The notes: generated from the letters alone by a model not told the origin. A stretch of 64,000 nt of DNA from an uncultured Methanosarcinaceae archaeon (GCA_963733675.1 CAVTET010000004.1:128001-192000); one strand, 5' to 3'; positions 25,030 through 37,440 are shown, counted from the stretch's first letter. A program made the numbers and translations.

Positions 25030-25957
25030 ATGCAACGTGTTATTCTCCATGTAGACATGGATTATTTTTTTGCAGCTATAGAGGAGCGGGAAAATCCGGA
25101 ACTTAGAGGAAAAGCCATAGTAGTCTGCATGTTCTCAGGACGAAACGAGCTAAGTGGAGCTGTCAGCGCCTGTAACTATGTCGCACGGGAATATGGGATC
25201 ATATCGGGTATTCCTTGTTCGAAAGCAAAAAAGCTGAATCCCAAAGCTGTCTTCCTGCCTGTTAGGAAGGAGTTTTACACACGGTTTCGAACAGGGTCAT
25301 GGAAATTCTTCGAAGTCATGTTGATATCAGAGAGGATAGGGATACCTTTGAGCAAATAAGCATTGATGAGGCATTCTTGGAAATTACTGAAAAAATAGGT
25401 GGGGACTTTAGCCGCGCTTTTGAAATCGGCATGCTGATCAAAAATGAAATCAAGGAAAAAGAAAATCTGACATGTTCAGTAGGTATCGGACCAAATAAGC
25501 TTATTGCCAAGATGACCTCCTCTATAAAAAAACCTGATGGAATCACTGTTGTGAGTCCCAATGAGCTTGAGAGTTTCCTATTGCCTCTTAAAGTGTCCAA
25601 ACTCTGGGGAATTGGTGACGTAACTGCAGGGAAACTGCAGAAAATGGGTGTTGTTATGATAAAGGATCTTGCAGAGCATGATGCTACACACCTGATTTCC
25701 ACATTCGGAAAAAACCGAGGAATCTGGCTCAAAAAAGCTGCAGCAGGAATCGATGATTCTCCACTGAAAGACAGAGATGGTTCCGAACAGATAAGCCGAA
25801 TTTCAACTTTATCTGAAGATACTCTTGACATTCAGCTTATTTTTCAGTTACTTGATAAACTAGTTGAGGATTTAACCTCCAAAATAGATTCAGTGGAACT
25901 CTCCTTCAGGACTGTAACCGTTATGGTCATAAATTCAAACTTTCGAATGTATACTAA
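25030..25957 (+). pseudogene. dinB: Host DNA polymerase IV (DinB/Dbh), 5' part; 1-bp frameshift near 25281 and interrupted by the integrative element at 25957
   Basis: HVDMDYFFAAIE, SACNYVAR, SIDEAFL and KPDG motifs split over two frames; breaks at ..NFRMYT. Confidence 0.93.
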
Positions 25958-25984
25958 CATTTAAACAAAATTGTTAGAATGTAT
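25951..25984. repeat. attL: 7-bp core ATACTAA plus arm repeat TTGTTAGAATGTAT
   Basis: Core matches 46834-46840; the arm is the exact reverse complement of 46806-46819. Confidence 0.88.
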
Positions 25985-26073
25985 TTTATTTTAAATATTC
26001 CAATTTAAAGCTTTTGATTTGAATCGCTATATAGCCTAGATCATTGTAAGGTAAAATGAATATGATAATCTGA

Positions 26074-27174
26074 TTAATAATCAACTATAAGAGTCTGCTT
26101 GTTGTCTCTTGCCCTTAGTTTGGTAACACCTACACCCACAAGCCGTAACTTCTTGTCGTTGAATTCCTCAATTAATTCCATTGCTGTATTTTTAATTACA
26201 TTTATATCAGAAGTCCAAACCGGTACAGACTTCGCACGTGTGAGAGTAGAATAGTTAATTAAACGGACTATGATGGTTACAGTCTTAAACAGACAGTTAT
26301 TTTTCTTTAAGTTCTCATGCACACTACCAGCAAGCATATCTACACTTTTTGCAATTTTATCAGGATCGTCAACATCTTCATCAAAAGTTATGTGCCTGCT
26401 TATGGACTTTACCCCTTCTCTCTCTTCAACATCTTCAAAATCAATGCCTTTGGCGCGTTGTTTCATTAGAATGCCCATTTTACCGAACTTTTCAGAAAGC
26501 ACCTGAACTTTGAAGTTAGCAAGTTCTTCTACCTTGTTTATTCCAATCTCTTTTAGTGCTTCAGTTGTTTTTTTACCAATGTAAGGAATTACAGATACTG
26601 GTAGTGGAAAAAGGAAGTCTCTGACATTTTCAGGTCTAACAACTGTTAACCCATCGGGTTTTTGAAAGCCAGATGCTATTTTGGCTACCAATTTATTTGG
26701 ACTAATACCAACTGAACATGTAATTCCTTCTTGTTGCTTAATTTCATCCTTAATCTTGTGTGCGCAAAGAATAGCATCGTCAAAATCACTAATATTAAAT
26801 GGCACAAGGTAGGCTTCATCTATGCTTACTTGTTCAAATTTTTCAGAAAATCCTCGCAAAATAGACATCACATTGGATGATGCCGTTTTATACAACTCCA
26901 TATTCACAGGTAAAAAAGTGCAATCGGGACACAATTTATGAGCCTTGCTTACAGGCATTGCGGAATATACTCCATATTTCCTTGCTTCGTATGAACATGT
27001 GCTTACAACGCCCCTTCGAAGTGTTGGATCAAACCCCATAACAACACACAGAGCCTTCCCTCTCAAATCAGGATGCTCTCGTACTTCTACTGATGCAAAA
27101 AAAGAATCCATATCAACGTGCAGGACTATCCGCTTTTCAAGGTTATCTGTTTCAGAACTTGAGGCAGACATCAT
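26074..27174 (-). CDS. dinB: Element-borne, intact DNA polymerase IV (DinB/Dbh)
   Basis: HVDMDSFFASVE, STCSYEAR, SIDEAYL, KPDG, LRLVGV and a C-terminal PIP-like QTLIVDY; 366 aa. Confidence 0.95.
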   Translation of the reverse strand: MMSASSSETDNLEKRIVLHVDMDSFFASVEVREHPDLRGKALCVVMGFDPTLRRGVVSTCSYEARKYGVYSAMPVSKAHKLCPDCTFLPVNMELYKTASSNVMSILRGFSEKFEQVSIDEAYLVPFNISDFDDAILCAHKIKDEIKQQEGITCSVGISPNKLVAKIASGFQKPDGLTVVRPENVRDFLFPLPVSVIPYIGKKTTEALKEIGINKVEELANFKVQVLSEKFGKMGILMKQRAKGIDFEDVEEREGVKSISRHITFDEDVDDPDKIAKSVDMLAGSVHENLKKNNCLFKTVTIIVRLINYSTLTRAKSVPVWTSDINVIKNTAMELIEEFNDKKLRLVGVGVTKLRARDNKQTLIVDY

Positions 27175-27461
27175 TGTAAGATGGACAAAACACCTAATAA
27201 AATGTTGTGAAAATCGGGTGCCCTTATATAAAAGCTTTTTAGAAGAGCTAGTTGAGATAGGGATCCAATTAGGCTAAAATTCAGCTTTTCTTACTGCATT
27301 AGAAGCTCACTATAGGAAGAACCGAAGGGGAATGATGCTTTATTACGAGTATAATTGGCTCTAATGATAGCCTGTAAAGAGGCTATCAATTTCGAAACTT
27401 TATCTCTTGAATTATGCATTATTTAACTGGATATTTTATAATATGGATGTAGCAAATTATA

Positions 27462-27496
27462 TATATAATTAAATAGGTAATAGGTTACTGTATTCC
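27462..27496 (+). promoter_or_regulatory. TATA box with NrpR-like operator(s); near-identical to the anfH promoter
   Basis: TATATAATTAAATAGGTAATAGGTTACTGTATTCC, 33/35 identical to the reverse complement of 38645-38679; contains GGTA-N6-TACT and GGTT-N6-TTCC. Confidence 0.7.
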
Positions 27497-27498
27497 CC

Positions 27499-27860
27499 AA
27501 TGATATATTTCGTGATTTTAAAAAACATTAAGCATAGACCAATTGGGAAATGGTAGCAAGATATAGTCTTATGGATTAATTTCATTGGCATGCCAAATAA
27601 AAATGATTTAGGTCATAGTAAGTTCTGACTGGATGGAATAAGTAATTGCCGGACTGGGAGAAGCTTGGTATTATCTCTGGGAAAATATCTTCGGCAGAGG
27701 AAAGTAAAAGTGGATTACTGCTGATGATATGTATTATGATAGGCTCTTAAAAAACTGATCATGATGTTTGTGAAAGATGAAGTCGTCGACGAAGTAATAA
27801 AAAGCATTTTCAGATATATAAATTGGTGGATTATGGACACAGAAATAATCCTAATAGACC
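27499..27860 (+). pseudogene. Vestige of a second nitrogenase operon: nifH-type 3' end and trailer, then a decayed nifI1
   Basis: 27499-27647 matches the anfH 3' end and trailer (37530-37678; MVARYSLMD*); 27650-27860 encodes FGRGK*K.GITADDMYYDRL..LIMMFVKDEVVDEVIKSI (PII/NifI1). Confidence 0.8.
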
Positions 27861-27966
27861 CATTGCAGCGAGAAGACATCTAGTTATTATATATCTACTA
27901 TGAAATCTAGATAAATAATTGCGTCTTAATATAAATGCAAAATCTGAATTAATATAGAGGGAAATT

Positions 27967-28794
27967 ATGAGAAAAAAATTGCTTCTTCTGCTAGTATTAT
28001 TAAGTGTGTTCCTTGCAGTAGGATGCGTTGGTGATAAAAGTGAATCTCCAAATACAACCGGAACTCCAGTTACAGAAGTAACTTCAGCTACAGCTGTACC
28101 TGAAACTATAACAGTTTCTGGAGCTGCTAGTCTTACGGAAGCTTTCACGAACATTGCTTCCAAGTTTAAAAAGGAGAATCCTGGAACGAATATAAATCTC
28201 AACTTTGGAAGTTCAGGTAACCTACGCATGCAAGTAGAAGGGGGTGCACCCGTCGATGTTTTTGCCTCAGCTGATGAGAATCAAATGAATATACTTAGCA
28301 ATAAATCACTTATTGTAAACAGTTCACGAAAAGACTTTGCTCATAATTCACTTGTGCTTATTGTCCCTAAAAGCAGTACTCTTAATATAACGAACATAAA
28401 AGATCTAGCTAATCCTAATGTTCAAAAAATAAGTATTGGAAACCCTGGTACTGTTCCAGTAGGTGAATACTCGCTCCTTGCACTGACTGACGCTGGTTTG
28501 TGGAGTCAGCTAAAAAATAAAGCTGTACTTGCTGAAGATGTCAAACAAGTATTTGTATACGTGGAAAGAGGAGATGTTGATGCAGGTTTTGTATATATAA
28601 CCGATGCAAAGACTGCACAACCTGGGACTATAAAAATAGTCACAAGTGTGCCTGTCAGTACCCCCATCAACTATCCAATAGCTGTAGTTTCTTCTTCTAC
28701 GCACAAAGAAAAAGCTCAGAAGTTCATTGATTTCGTGATCGGGAAAGATGGACAAGACATACTTAGTACATATGGTTTTGTTCCTCAATCTTGA
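27967..28794 (+). CDS. modA: ModA-like oxyanion ABC transporter substrate-binding lipoprotein
   Basis: Lipobox AVGC, GAASLT, NFGSSG.L..Q..GGAPVDVFASA, VPVGEY, DAGFVY.TDA. Confidence 0.9.
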   Translation: MRKKLLLLLVLLSVFLAVGCVGDKSESPNTTGTPVTEVTSATAVPETITVSGAASLTEAFTNIASKFKKENPGTNINLNFGSSGNLRMQVEGGAPVDVFASADENQMNILSNKSLIVNSSRKDFAHNSLVLIVPKSSTLNITNIKDLANPNVQKISIGNPGTVPVGEYSLLALTDAGLWSQLKNKAVLAEDVKQVFVYVERGDVDAGFVYITDAKTAQPGTIKIVTSVPVSTPINYPIAVVSSSTHKEKAQKFIDFVIGKDGQDILSTYGFVPQS

Positions 28795-28981
28795 TAAAAG
28801 ATGAGACTTACGTATCTGAGAAGCAAAATTCAGCATAGCAAGCTTCATAGTTTAAATTGAAATTCAGTTAGTTAAAGCTTTTATGCTCATGATTCTCGGC
28901 TCAATTGCGGAAGTCTTAATTCTTTTTATCACAAGATTTTGAACTCGAGTTATAGTTAGGATTAGGAAAGAGATGAAATAA

Positions 28982-29297
28982 ATGAAAGTCGCTGTCGTTT
29001 CAAGTGATGGCAAGGTTATCAATCAGCATTTCGGAAATGCATCTCGCTTTTTGATATTTGAGGTTGATGGCGGTGAAATTCAATTCACAGAAGTTAGAGA
29101 GACTACACCTTTATGTGGCTCGGCAAATTACGAAAGTAAAGATGACGGTTTTGTGCAGGATAATTTATTTGATTAAAGACTGTGAAGTGGTACTCTGTGC
29201 AAGAATCGGAAGGAAACCAAGAGAGGAATTAAGAGAAAATGGAATTAACCCAATAGAAGCTCCATATTTTATTCATGAAGCTTTAAAAAGTATTTAA
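28982..29297 (+). pseudogene. NifB/NifX-family cofactor-binding protein, frameshifted near 29148
   Basis: [26 protein letters not shown] joined to DCEVVLCARIG..P...L...GI.P in the neighbouring frame. Confidence 0.85.
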
Positions 29298-29545
29298 CTT
29301 ATGCAATTTAATTGTAAAACAGCAGCATAAGCACCGAATTATATAAATTTTAATAATTTGTTGAGTAGAAAAATCTCTCACTGGAAGAACCCAACTACCT
29401 ACAGTACAAAAAAATTTGACTTCGAGTTTACAGCAAATTCACGACACCACCAGCTTTCGAATAGCTATTTTCCCTAATAGTTTAAAGTTGATACTATATT
29501 AGTAGAATATTAATTCAAAAATTTATTAAATGGAATGAACAACAC

Positions 29546-30250
29546 ATGAAAATCCATTACATTCAGCATGTTGAATTTGAAACTCTTGGAACTATCGCTC
29601 AATGGAGCGAAAAAAAGGGGCACTCTTTATCGAGTACACATTTATACGCAGATGAGAGCTTTCCCAGTATGGATAACTTCGATCTTCTCATAATTATGGG
29701 TGGACCGATGAATATTTATGAGTATGAAAAATATCCATGGCTGATTGAAGAAAAAAAGTTTATCGAAGAAACTATCTATGTAGGAAAAGCATTACTCGGG
29801 ATCTGCCTGGGAGCTCAGCTTGTTGCTGATGTCCTAAAAGCTGAGGTATTTAAAAACAATTATACGGAAATTGGATGGTTTCCAGTGTTTACACTCAAAC
29901 AAGCAAGATCCAAGATTTCCTTTTTGGAAAATATTCCTGAAAAAATCATTGCTTTTCACTGGCATGGAGACACTTTTAATTTGCCTGAAGATGCAAAGAG
30001 ACTTTTTTTAAGTGAAGCCTGTGAAAATCAAGGGTTTATTTATAATGATAGAGTAATTGGGCTCCAATTTCATCTTGAAATGAGCAACGAAACAATCAGA
30101 AACGCGATTGAAAATTGCAGTGATGAACTGGTAGATGGAAAATATATCCAGAAAGAAAAAGAAATGCTAAGTAAAGATACACTTCTTGCTGATTCAAGGT
30201 TATTAATGTTCAAATTACTAGATAATTTAGAAAAAATGATTGGATCTTAA
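29546..30250 (+). CDS. Class I glutamine amidotransferase
   Basis: QHVEFE, IMGGPM, LGICLGAQL, WHGDTF, GLQFHLE triad motifs. Confidence 0.9.
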   Translation: MKIHYIQHVEFETLGTIAQWSEKKGHSLSSTHLYADESFPSMDNFDLLIIMGGPMNIYEYEKYPWLIEEKKFIEETIYVGKALLGICLGAQLVADVLKAEVFKNNYTEIGWFPVFTLKQARSKISFLENIPEKIIAFHWHGDTFNLPEDAKRLFLSEACENQGFIYNDRVIGLQFHLEMSNETIRNAIENCSDELVDGKYIQKEKEMLSKDTLLADSRLLMFKLLDNLEKMIGS

Positions 30251-30349
30251 AAAGGAACTCAGTATTTGGCTTTGGAGATAAAATTTAATAAAAATTATTT
30301 TTAGATATACAAAGTGGGAATTCGATAAAATGTAGAGGAAAGGTGTTCT

Positions 30350-30886
30350 TTGATGGATCAGGTTCGCTATACTCAGAGAAATTGCACAGATCGGAAGAAA
30401 ATCGAAAGCTTTCTTTTGCGGGTAAGAACCGGCGTGCTTGGAATGACAAGTGATATTTTTCCATACGCTATTCCGGTGAATTATGTATGGTACAACGGTT
30501 CTGTTTACTTTCATGGCATGGGTTCGGGCAAAAAGGAAAATATTCTTTCTCAGAATCCGTTCGTTTGTTTCACGATATATGAGGAATATGGTACTGTGAC
30601 CGATCCGATGCCTTGCCACGCAGATACGGCATACATGAGCGTAATGCTTTTTGGAAAGGCTGAAAAGGTGACTGATCCTGAGGAGGCTAGCGAGACTCTC
30701 CAAAAATTGGTTGAGAAATATATGCCAAAGTACTACAGTAATCCTTTAACTAGCACTTTGATTGAGAAATATCGCTCTTCACTTGATGGGAATGCAGTTT
30801 CAGTTTTTCGGATAACGCCACAGGAAATGACAGCTAAAGAAAACTCAGTGGGATCCGATAAACTGTTGAACATAGAAACGCGGTAA
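30350..30886 (+). CDS. Pyridoxamine 5'-phosphate oxidase-like split-barrel flavoprotein, probably an Anf3 homolog
   Basis: PYAIPVNYV..GSVYFHG..SGKK, YMSVMLFGKA; adjacent to the anf operon. Confidence 0.75.
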   Translation: MMDQVRYTQRNCTDRKKIESFLLRVRTGVLGMTSDIFPYAIPVNYVWYNGSVYFHGMGSGKKENILSQNPFVCFTIYEEYGTVTDPMPCHADTAYMSVMLFGKAEKVTDPEEASETLQKLVEKYMPKYYSNPLTSTLIEKYRSSLDGNAVSVFRITPQEMTAKENSVGSDKLLNIETR

Positions 30887-31453
30887 CCGTATGCTGTAGT
30901 TACATGAAACAAAGTCGCTTTAGAAAAATGTTCATCCAACGCACCTTTTTATTGTATACTCGACATTAGCAACAACTGATAGTGAAAGCTGTTCTAGGTT
31001 TGTTGGCAGGACTGTTTGAAACAGTACTAGTGATGACTGTTGGATGAAATATGATAGAAGACAAAAGGTACTTTTCATGACCGATAAACATAACAGACGT
31101 GGAAAGTCTAAAATGAAAGAACGAGTTTTTTAATCACTTTTTATGTGTTCTGTCTTAAAACACAGTTTTTATCAATTAACCAGCGAATAGTTGGCTTCCA
31201 ATAAATTGTTTCTATTAAACCGTAAATCTCGGTAACGTCGTAAAAATTATGGCTTTATTCCTTTCGGCCTTGAACTCCGGTCTTGTAAGACAGGCATATT
31301 CGCCAAATATATCAGGCAAACACCCTAGCTCATGTATACATTCGTTTTTCGGCTTAATATAAATATAGTTCCAACGATAATTGCTAAAAGCAAAGGTATA
31401 AAACCGTCTAATCAATATTCTGCATTCAAAACCATAAATTCGACATTATAATA

Positions 31454-32404
31454 TCAGCAGTAACATTCGTCACAAGTATTATGGCAATCCTTAGTGACAA
31501 AATCATCAATTCTGAAAGAGCATTCTGAAATTTTGTATTCCGCATCCGACTTTTCACTTTTTCGTTTGCTGAAGCAAACACATCCGTCGAAAAAACTGAT
31601 CTTCATTGGTACAACTGCCAGCTTGTCGTCAAAATAATAGCTTCTCTTAAATGACGGTTTATGGACTATTTCTTTGCCGTCACGACAAAATACTGTTAGC
31701 TTCACCATGGAAGTTATAAGAGATTTCACGCTTCCATTTTCTGAGAAAACAAGAGAATTGCTTTCACCGTCAATGCCTAGAGCGTCAGGGTCAAAAGCAA
31801 GTACCTTGCCTATTGGCGTATTAACGTTCAAAGCGCTATAAGGCTCGACTGATTTTATTTTCCCATCCGGGTACAGGCAGACCCCAATCCGTGTCTGAAT
31901 TTCTCCTGCATGCGTTTTAATAAGAATTGTATCTTTAGGCCATAATGTAATGCTTTTAAGTTCTCCGGTTTCATATAGTGTTATGTTTATAACCTTACCT
32001 TTAAAGACATCGAACGGTAGATTGATCTGTAATTCTGGAGAAATATTATATTCGTCATCTTCCGTCCAAAAAGCGCTGATGCTCCCAAATACAGGGAAAA
32101 TACGTTTTACTGTCCCGCTTTCATAAAAAGTAATCATCTCTGCTGGAAGGCTCCCAAGCCTTGTATTTACACTCAAAGGATCCTGCAAAACCATACTTGC
32201 AATGTTCCCACTTTCATAAAAGGTCATAGATTTCATGAGCTTTTTCCTTTTTCCATCATCCTTATATTGCGGGATAAAGATGCCACAAGGAATGCTTATA
32301 GCATTTTTTTGTTTTAGAATGCAGCGTTTGATTATTCCGTTTTTATGGTATTCTGCGGAAGCGATACCCTTTAAAACACCATAATTTGTACTTGCTGTTT
32401 CCAA
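31454..32404 (-). CDS. Hypothetical protein with MORN-like YESG repeats, last gene of the anf operon
   Basis: Repeated FYESG/LYETG/LYPDG units; TTG start with RBS overlapping the anfO stop. Confidence 0.7.
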   Translation of the reverse strand: METASTNYGVLKGIASAEYHKNGIIKRCILKQKNAISIPCGIFIPQYKDDGKRKKLMKSMTFYESGNIASMVLQDPLSVNTRLGSLPAEMITFYESGTVKRIFPVFGSISAFWTEDDEYNISPELQINLPFDVFKGKVINITLYETGELKSITLWPKDTILIKTHAGEIQTRIGVCLYPDGKIKSVEPYSALNVNTPIGKVLAFDPDALGIDGESNSLVFSENGSVKSLITSMVKLTVFCRDGKEIVHKPSFKRSYYFDDKLAVVPMKISFFDGCVCFSKRKSEKSDAEYKISECSFRIDDFVTKDCHNTCDECYC

Positions 32405-32418
32405 ATAATCGCCGCCTT

Positions 32419-33048
32419 TCACAGAGTTTGCACATGCACTATTTTAACGGTCTTTTCATTCGGCAATGAATTCACAGTTTCATATTCAAACCCTAAGACT
32501 CTTAAATTTGTAGTAAACCACTTTGAAATATGACTGCAAATGACATCCAGACGGTTGAATTCTCCATTTTTCAGATAGGGTAACAGAATTTTCTTTGAAG
32601 TTAGTTGCGGATTCTTTGAAAGGATTTTTTCCATATTAAGACAAAAATCACCTTTATTCGTACCAGGTTCCAAAAATTGCATGATATCGAATTTGCTGGG
32701 TTTCCCCTGCTGCTTCTCAATTATCTCCCTCATTTCTTTTTTGACTGAATCGAGAACATCAAACCCACTTTTTTCTACAAGGAATATTGCAAAGCCTGCT
32801 ACTTCAAAAATACCGGACGCTATTCCTGGTATTTCACTTGCAACCACTATTTTTACATTATCAAGCTGCTTTATGGTATCCTCCACAGCCATGCGTACTG
32901 CAGCAATACTCTTTGCGCTGCAAACTTTATTTTCAAATCTGTTCAGGACTTTCCATTCCCCACCATCTTCTTCATATGTTACAATGAATCCCGGTTCAAA
33001 TATTGAACTCGTTTTTTGGTCATTGCTTTCTACAACTGAAATTTTCAA
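32419..33048 (-). CDS. anfO: Fe-only nitrogenase accessory protein AnfO
   Basis: Downstream of anfK; LTSKKILLPYL and LDVICSHI motifs; TTG start with GGAGG RBS. Confidence 0.8.
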   Translation of the reverse strand: MKISVVESNDQKTSSIFEPGFIVTYEEDGGEWKVLNRFENKVCSAKSIAAVRMAVEDTIKQLDNVKIVVASEIPGIASGIFEVAGFAIFLVEKSGFDVLDSVKKEMREIIEKQQGKPSKFDIMQFLEPGTNKGDFCLNMEKILSKNPQLTSKKILLPYLKNGEFNRLDVICSHISKWFTTNLRVLGFEYETVNSLPNEKTVKIVHVQTL

Positions 33049-33363
33049 GACACATCCTCCTTTCGTGTTGCAATTCACGAAGATTTCGGGCAAGATTAAA
33101 ATATTTTCTCGCCATCGGAACTATCTATTAGATTTACATAAGCTGCGTGGGATTAATTTCACAGTCATAAGAATATATTGTTGAGGCAGTCCGAATAGAT
33201 CCCACTGCTTGCATCCGGGTATGCCAGAGAAAATTTGATTTGCGTCTTTTTCGGAGGGATTTTGCCAGAATGTGATTCCAATCAGGAACTGGCAGAATCT
33301 AATAAAATCCCAGCTAAGTCTTACAACATTTGATTCTCAGAATCCTCATTTATTGAATATTCC

Positions 33364-34752
33364 TTACCATACATTCAGTAACCATTCCTTATTCCTCTTG
33401 TACTCCATGTCGGTGAATAGCGTGTTTGCCATCTGTTCCGCGAGCCACATCGCTCCCGCATATCCGACAACAGGATGGCGGTACAGTCCTGCACGGTCGA
33501 AGGTGGGAAAACCTACGCGTACCATGGGAATATTGTTGTCGATGGCTGTCCATCGACCCTTGGAATGGCCCAAGATGAGATCAAGTTCAACTTCCTTGTT
33601 CTTAATCCGGCTTTCCAGTTCCCATAGATCTGCATTCATAATGATCTGCATGTCGAAATCGACTTTTTCCTTAAATGCCTTGATACGTGGATCGTTTTGA
33701 TATGCCTGATTATCGTCGCCGAGAAGAAGAATCATGGGCTTCATCTCCAGATCGAGGCAAAATTCAGCCAGACCAATAACCAGATCTGGGTTTCCGTAGA
33801 TAGCAACTCTCTTGTCGGCGAAAAACATGTGAGTCAGATCTGTCAGCGCATCGATTGCAATTCCTCTTTCACGAACTAGTGATTCGGGAATTGGTTTTCC
33901 AGTCATTTTTTTTACATTCTGCAGGAAGGTATCCGTGTTGCGGATGCCAATAGGAGTGGGCCCTATTATCGCCGGAACGTTGAATTTTTTCCCCAGAAAT
34001 TTGGCGGCTTTTCCACCTTCGTATTTGTTCAGGGCAATTGTTCCCAGTGCATCCGCTGTTCCAATCAACTCTTCGATCGTAGTGCTGCCATGAGAGACTC
34101 CACTTTTGTCTGGCATCAGAGGGGAATCGAAGCTTTCGATTTCGAAAAGAACTGTCGCATCCACATCCATTTCCGACAGAAGATGCTTGAGCGCTGTTAC
34201 GTCTCCTGGATTGACCCATCCAGTAATCAGATTGAGTTTTCCGTTGGGTTTGTCTTTTTTTGCAAACGCACTTACTAGATCCTGCACTGCGACATCGTAT
34301 CCACTCACCATACTTCCCTTAAAACTAGGTGCATGGATCGGAATAAGATAGACTTCCCTATCGGCATATTTTTCTTTCAAAAGTCCCTTTTTGAGCTTTC
34401 TTATGAGACCATCGATATCATCGCCGATGATTTCCGTCGAACATGTAGTGATGATTGGCACGACTTTCACATGCGGATACCGCATTAAAAGCACATCTAC
34501 CGCTTCTTCGACGCGTTTGAGAGCACCGAACACTGCTCCATCCTCGTGAACAGAGGAAGACGCGATCTCGAAGCTATCCTTGAAATGTTGTGCGAACAGC
34601 ATGCGGACGAACATAACGCAGCCTTGTCCTCCATGAACTATTGCGATACAATCTTTAATTCCTATGCTGGCATACTGCGCTCCACAAGGCTGACATGTTA
34701 ATATTGGATTGATAACGCCGCCACGCTCTCGTTGTTTAATTTCACAAGACAT
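33364..34752 (-). CDS. anfK: Fe-only nitrogenase beta subunit
   Basis: INPILTCQPCGAQYASIGIKDC, HGGQGCVMFVR, C-terminal KEWLLNVW. Confidence 0.95.
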   Translation of the reverse strand: MSCEIKQRERGGVINPILTCQPCGAQYASIGIKDCIAIVHGGQGCVMFVRMLFAQHFKDSFEIASSSVHEDGAVFGALKRVEEAVDVLLMRYPHVKVVPIITTCSTEIIGDDIDGLIRKLKKGLLKEKYADREVYLIPIHAPSFKGSMVSGYDVAVQDLVSAFAKKDKPNGKLNLITGWVNPGDVTALKHLLSEMDVDATVLFEIESFDSPLMPDKSGVSHGSTTIEELIGTADALGTIALNKYEGGKAAKFLGKKFNVPAIIGPTPIGIRNTDTFLQNVKKMTGKPIPESLVRERGIAIDALTDLTHMFFADKRVAIYGNPDLVIGLAEFCLDLEMKPMILLLGDDNQAYQNDPRIKAFKEKVDFDMQIIMNADLWELESRIKNKEVELDLILGHSKGRWTAIDNNIPMVRVGFPTFDRAGLYRHPVVGYAGAMWLAEQMANTLFTDMEYKRNKEWLLNVW

Positions 34753-34765
34753 AATTTCCCCTTCT

Positions 34766-35116
34766 TTAATAGAGTGGGTTACTAAGTTCTTTATTCAGTG
34801 ACCCCGTAATTGTCAAGTAGTCTATACGATCTTTGAGTCCCTTCATGAGCAGTTTGATATCCTTTTTTTCCATCATGGCCAGCCATGGATACGTACTTTT
34901 GAAACCCTTAGCTAAAAGCACAGCATCTACCCAATAGCATCTGTCAGTTGGAGTTTCGAGTTCGATGGATTCCTCACACAATAGCTGCATGGTTTTTGTA
35001 AGGATCCCCTCATTCTGATTCTCTCTGTCCCAGGCACGGGAATGAAACTGCCACAGACACCATTTCATAATATAATCTACGAGTTGCTCGATCCTGTCTT
35101 TCATAAGATTTTCCAT
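34766..35116 (-). CDS. anfG: Fe-only nitrogenase delta subunit
   Basis: [30 protein letters not shown]; lies between D and K. Confidence 0.95.
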   Translation of the reverse strand: MENLMKDRIEQLVDYIMKWCLWQFHSRAWDRENQNEGILTKTMQLLCEESIELETPTDRCYWVDAVLLAKGFKSTYPWLAMMEKKDIKLLMKGLKDRIDYLTITGSLNKELSNPLY

Positions 35117-35126
35117 TATATTCCCC

Positions 35127-37110
<1,984 letters not shown>

Positions 37111-37122
37111 AATTGTACCCTC

Positions 37123-37440
37123 TTAAAGACCCACAGCTCCGGTCCGTATCGTGATCGCATTGTCAACGGGAGTCACAAAAATTTTACCATCTCCGTAATT
37201 ACCTGTGTATGCTTTGCATTTGATAAGTTTAACAACTTCTTCAACAGACTGATCTTCTACAACTAGCATAATCATAGTTTTAGAAAGTTCATCATAATGT
37301 GTCGTTCCTACTGTGATCCCCTTCTGTTTCCCACGGCCAAATACATTTATTTTTGTTAGTGATAAAAAGCCAGCCTCTGCAAGCTCTTCAATAACTTCAT
37401 CAGTGGTTTCAGGACGTAATATAGCTCTGATCATTTTCAT
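37123..37440 (-). CDS. nifI1: PII-family nitrogenase regulator NifI1
   Basis: MKMIRAILRPE, FGRGKQKG, YTGNYGDGKIFV; AGGAGG RBS. Confidence 0.92.
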   Translation of the reverse strand: MKMIRAILRPETTDEVIEELAEAGFLSLTKINVFGRGKQKGITVGTTHYDELSKTMIMLVVEDQSVEEVVKLIKCKAYTGNYGDGKIFVTPVDNAITIRTGAVGL

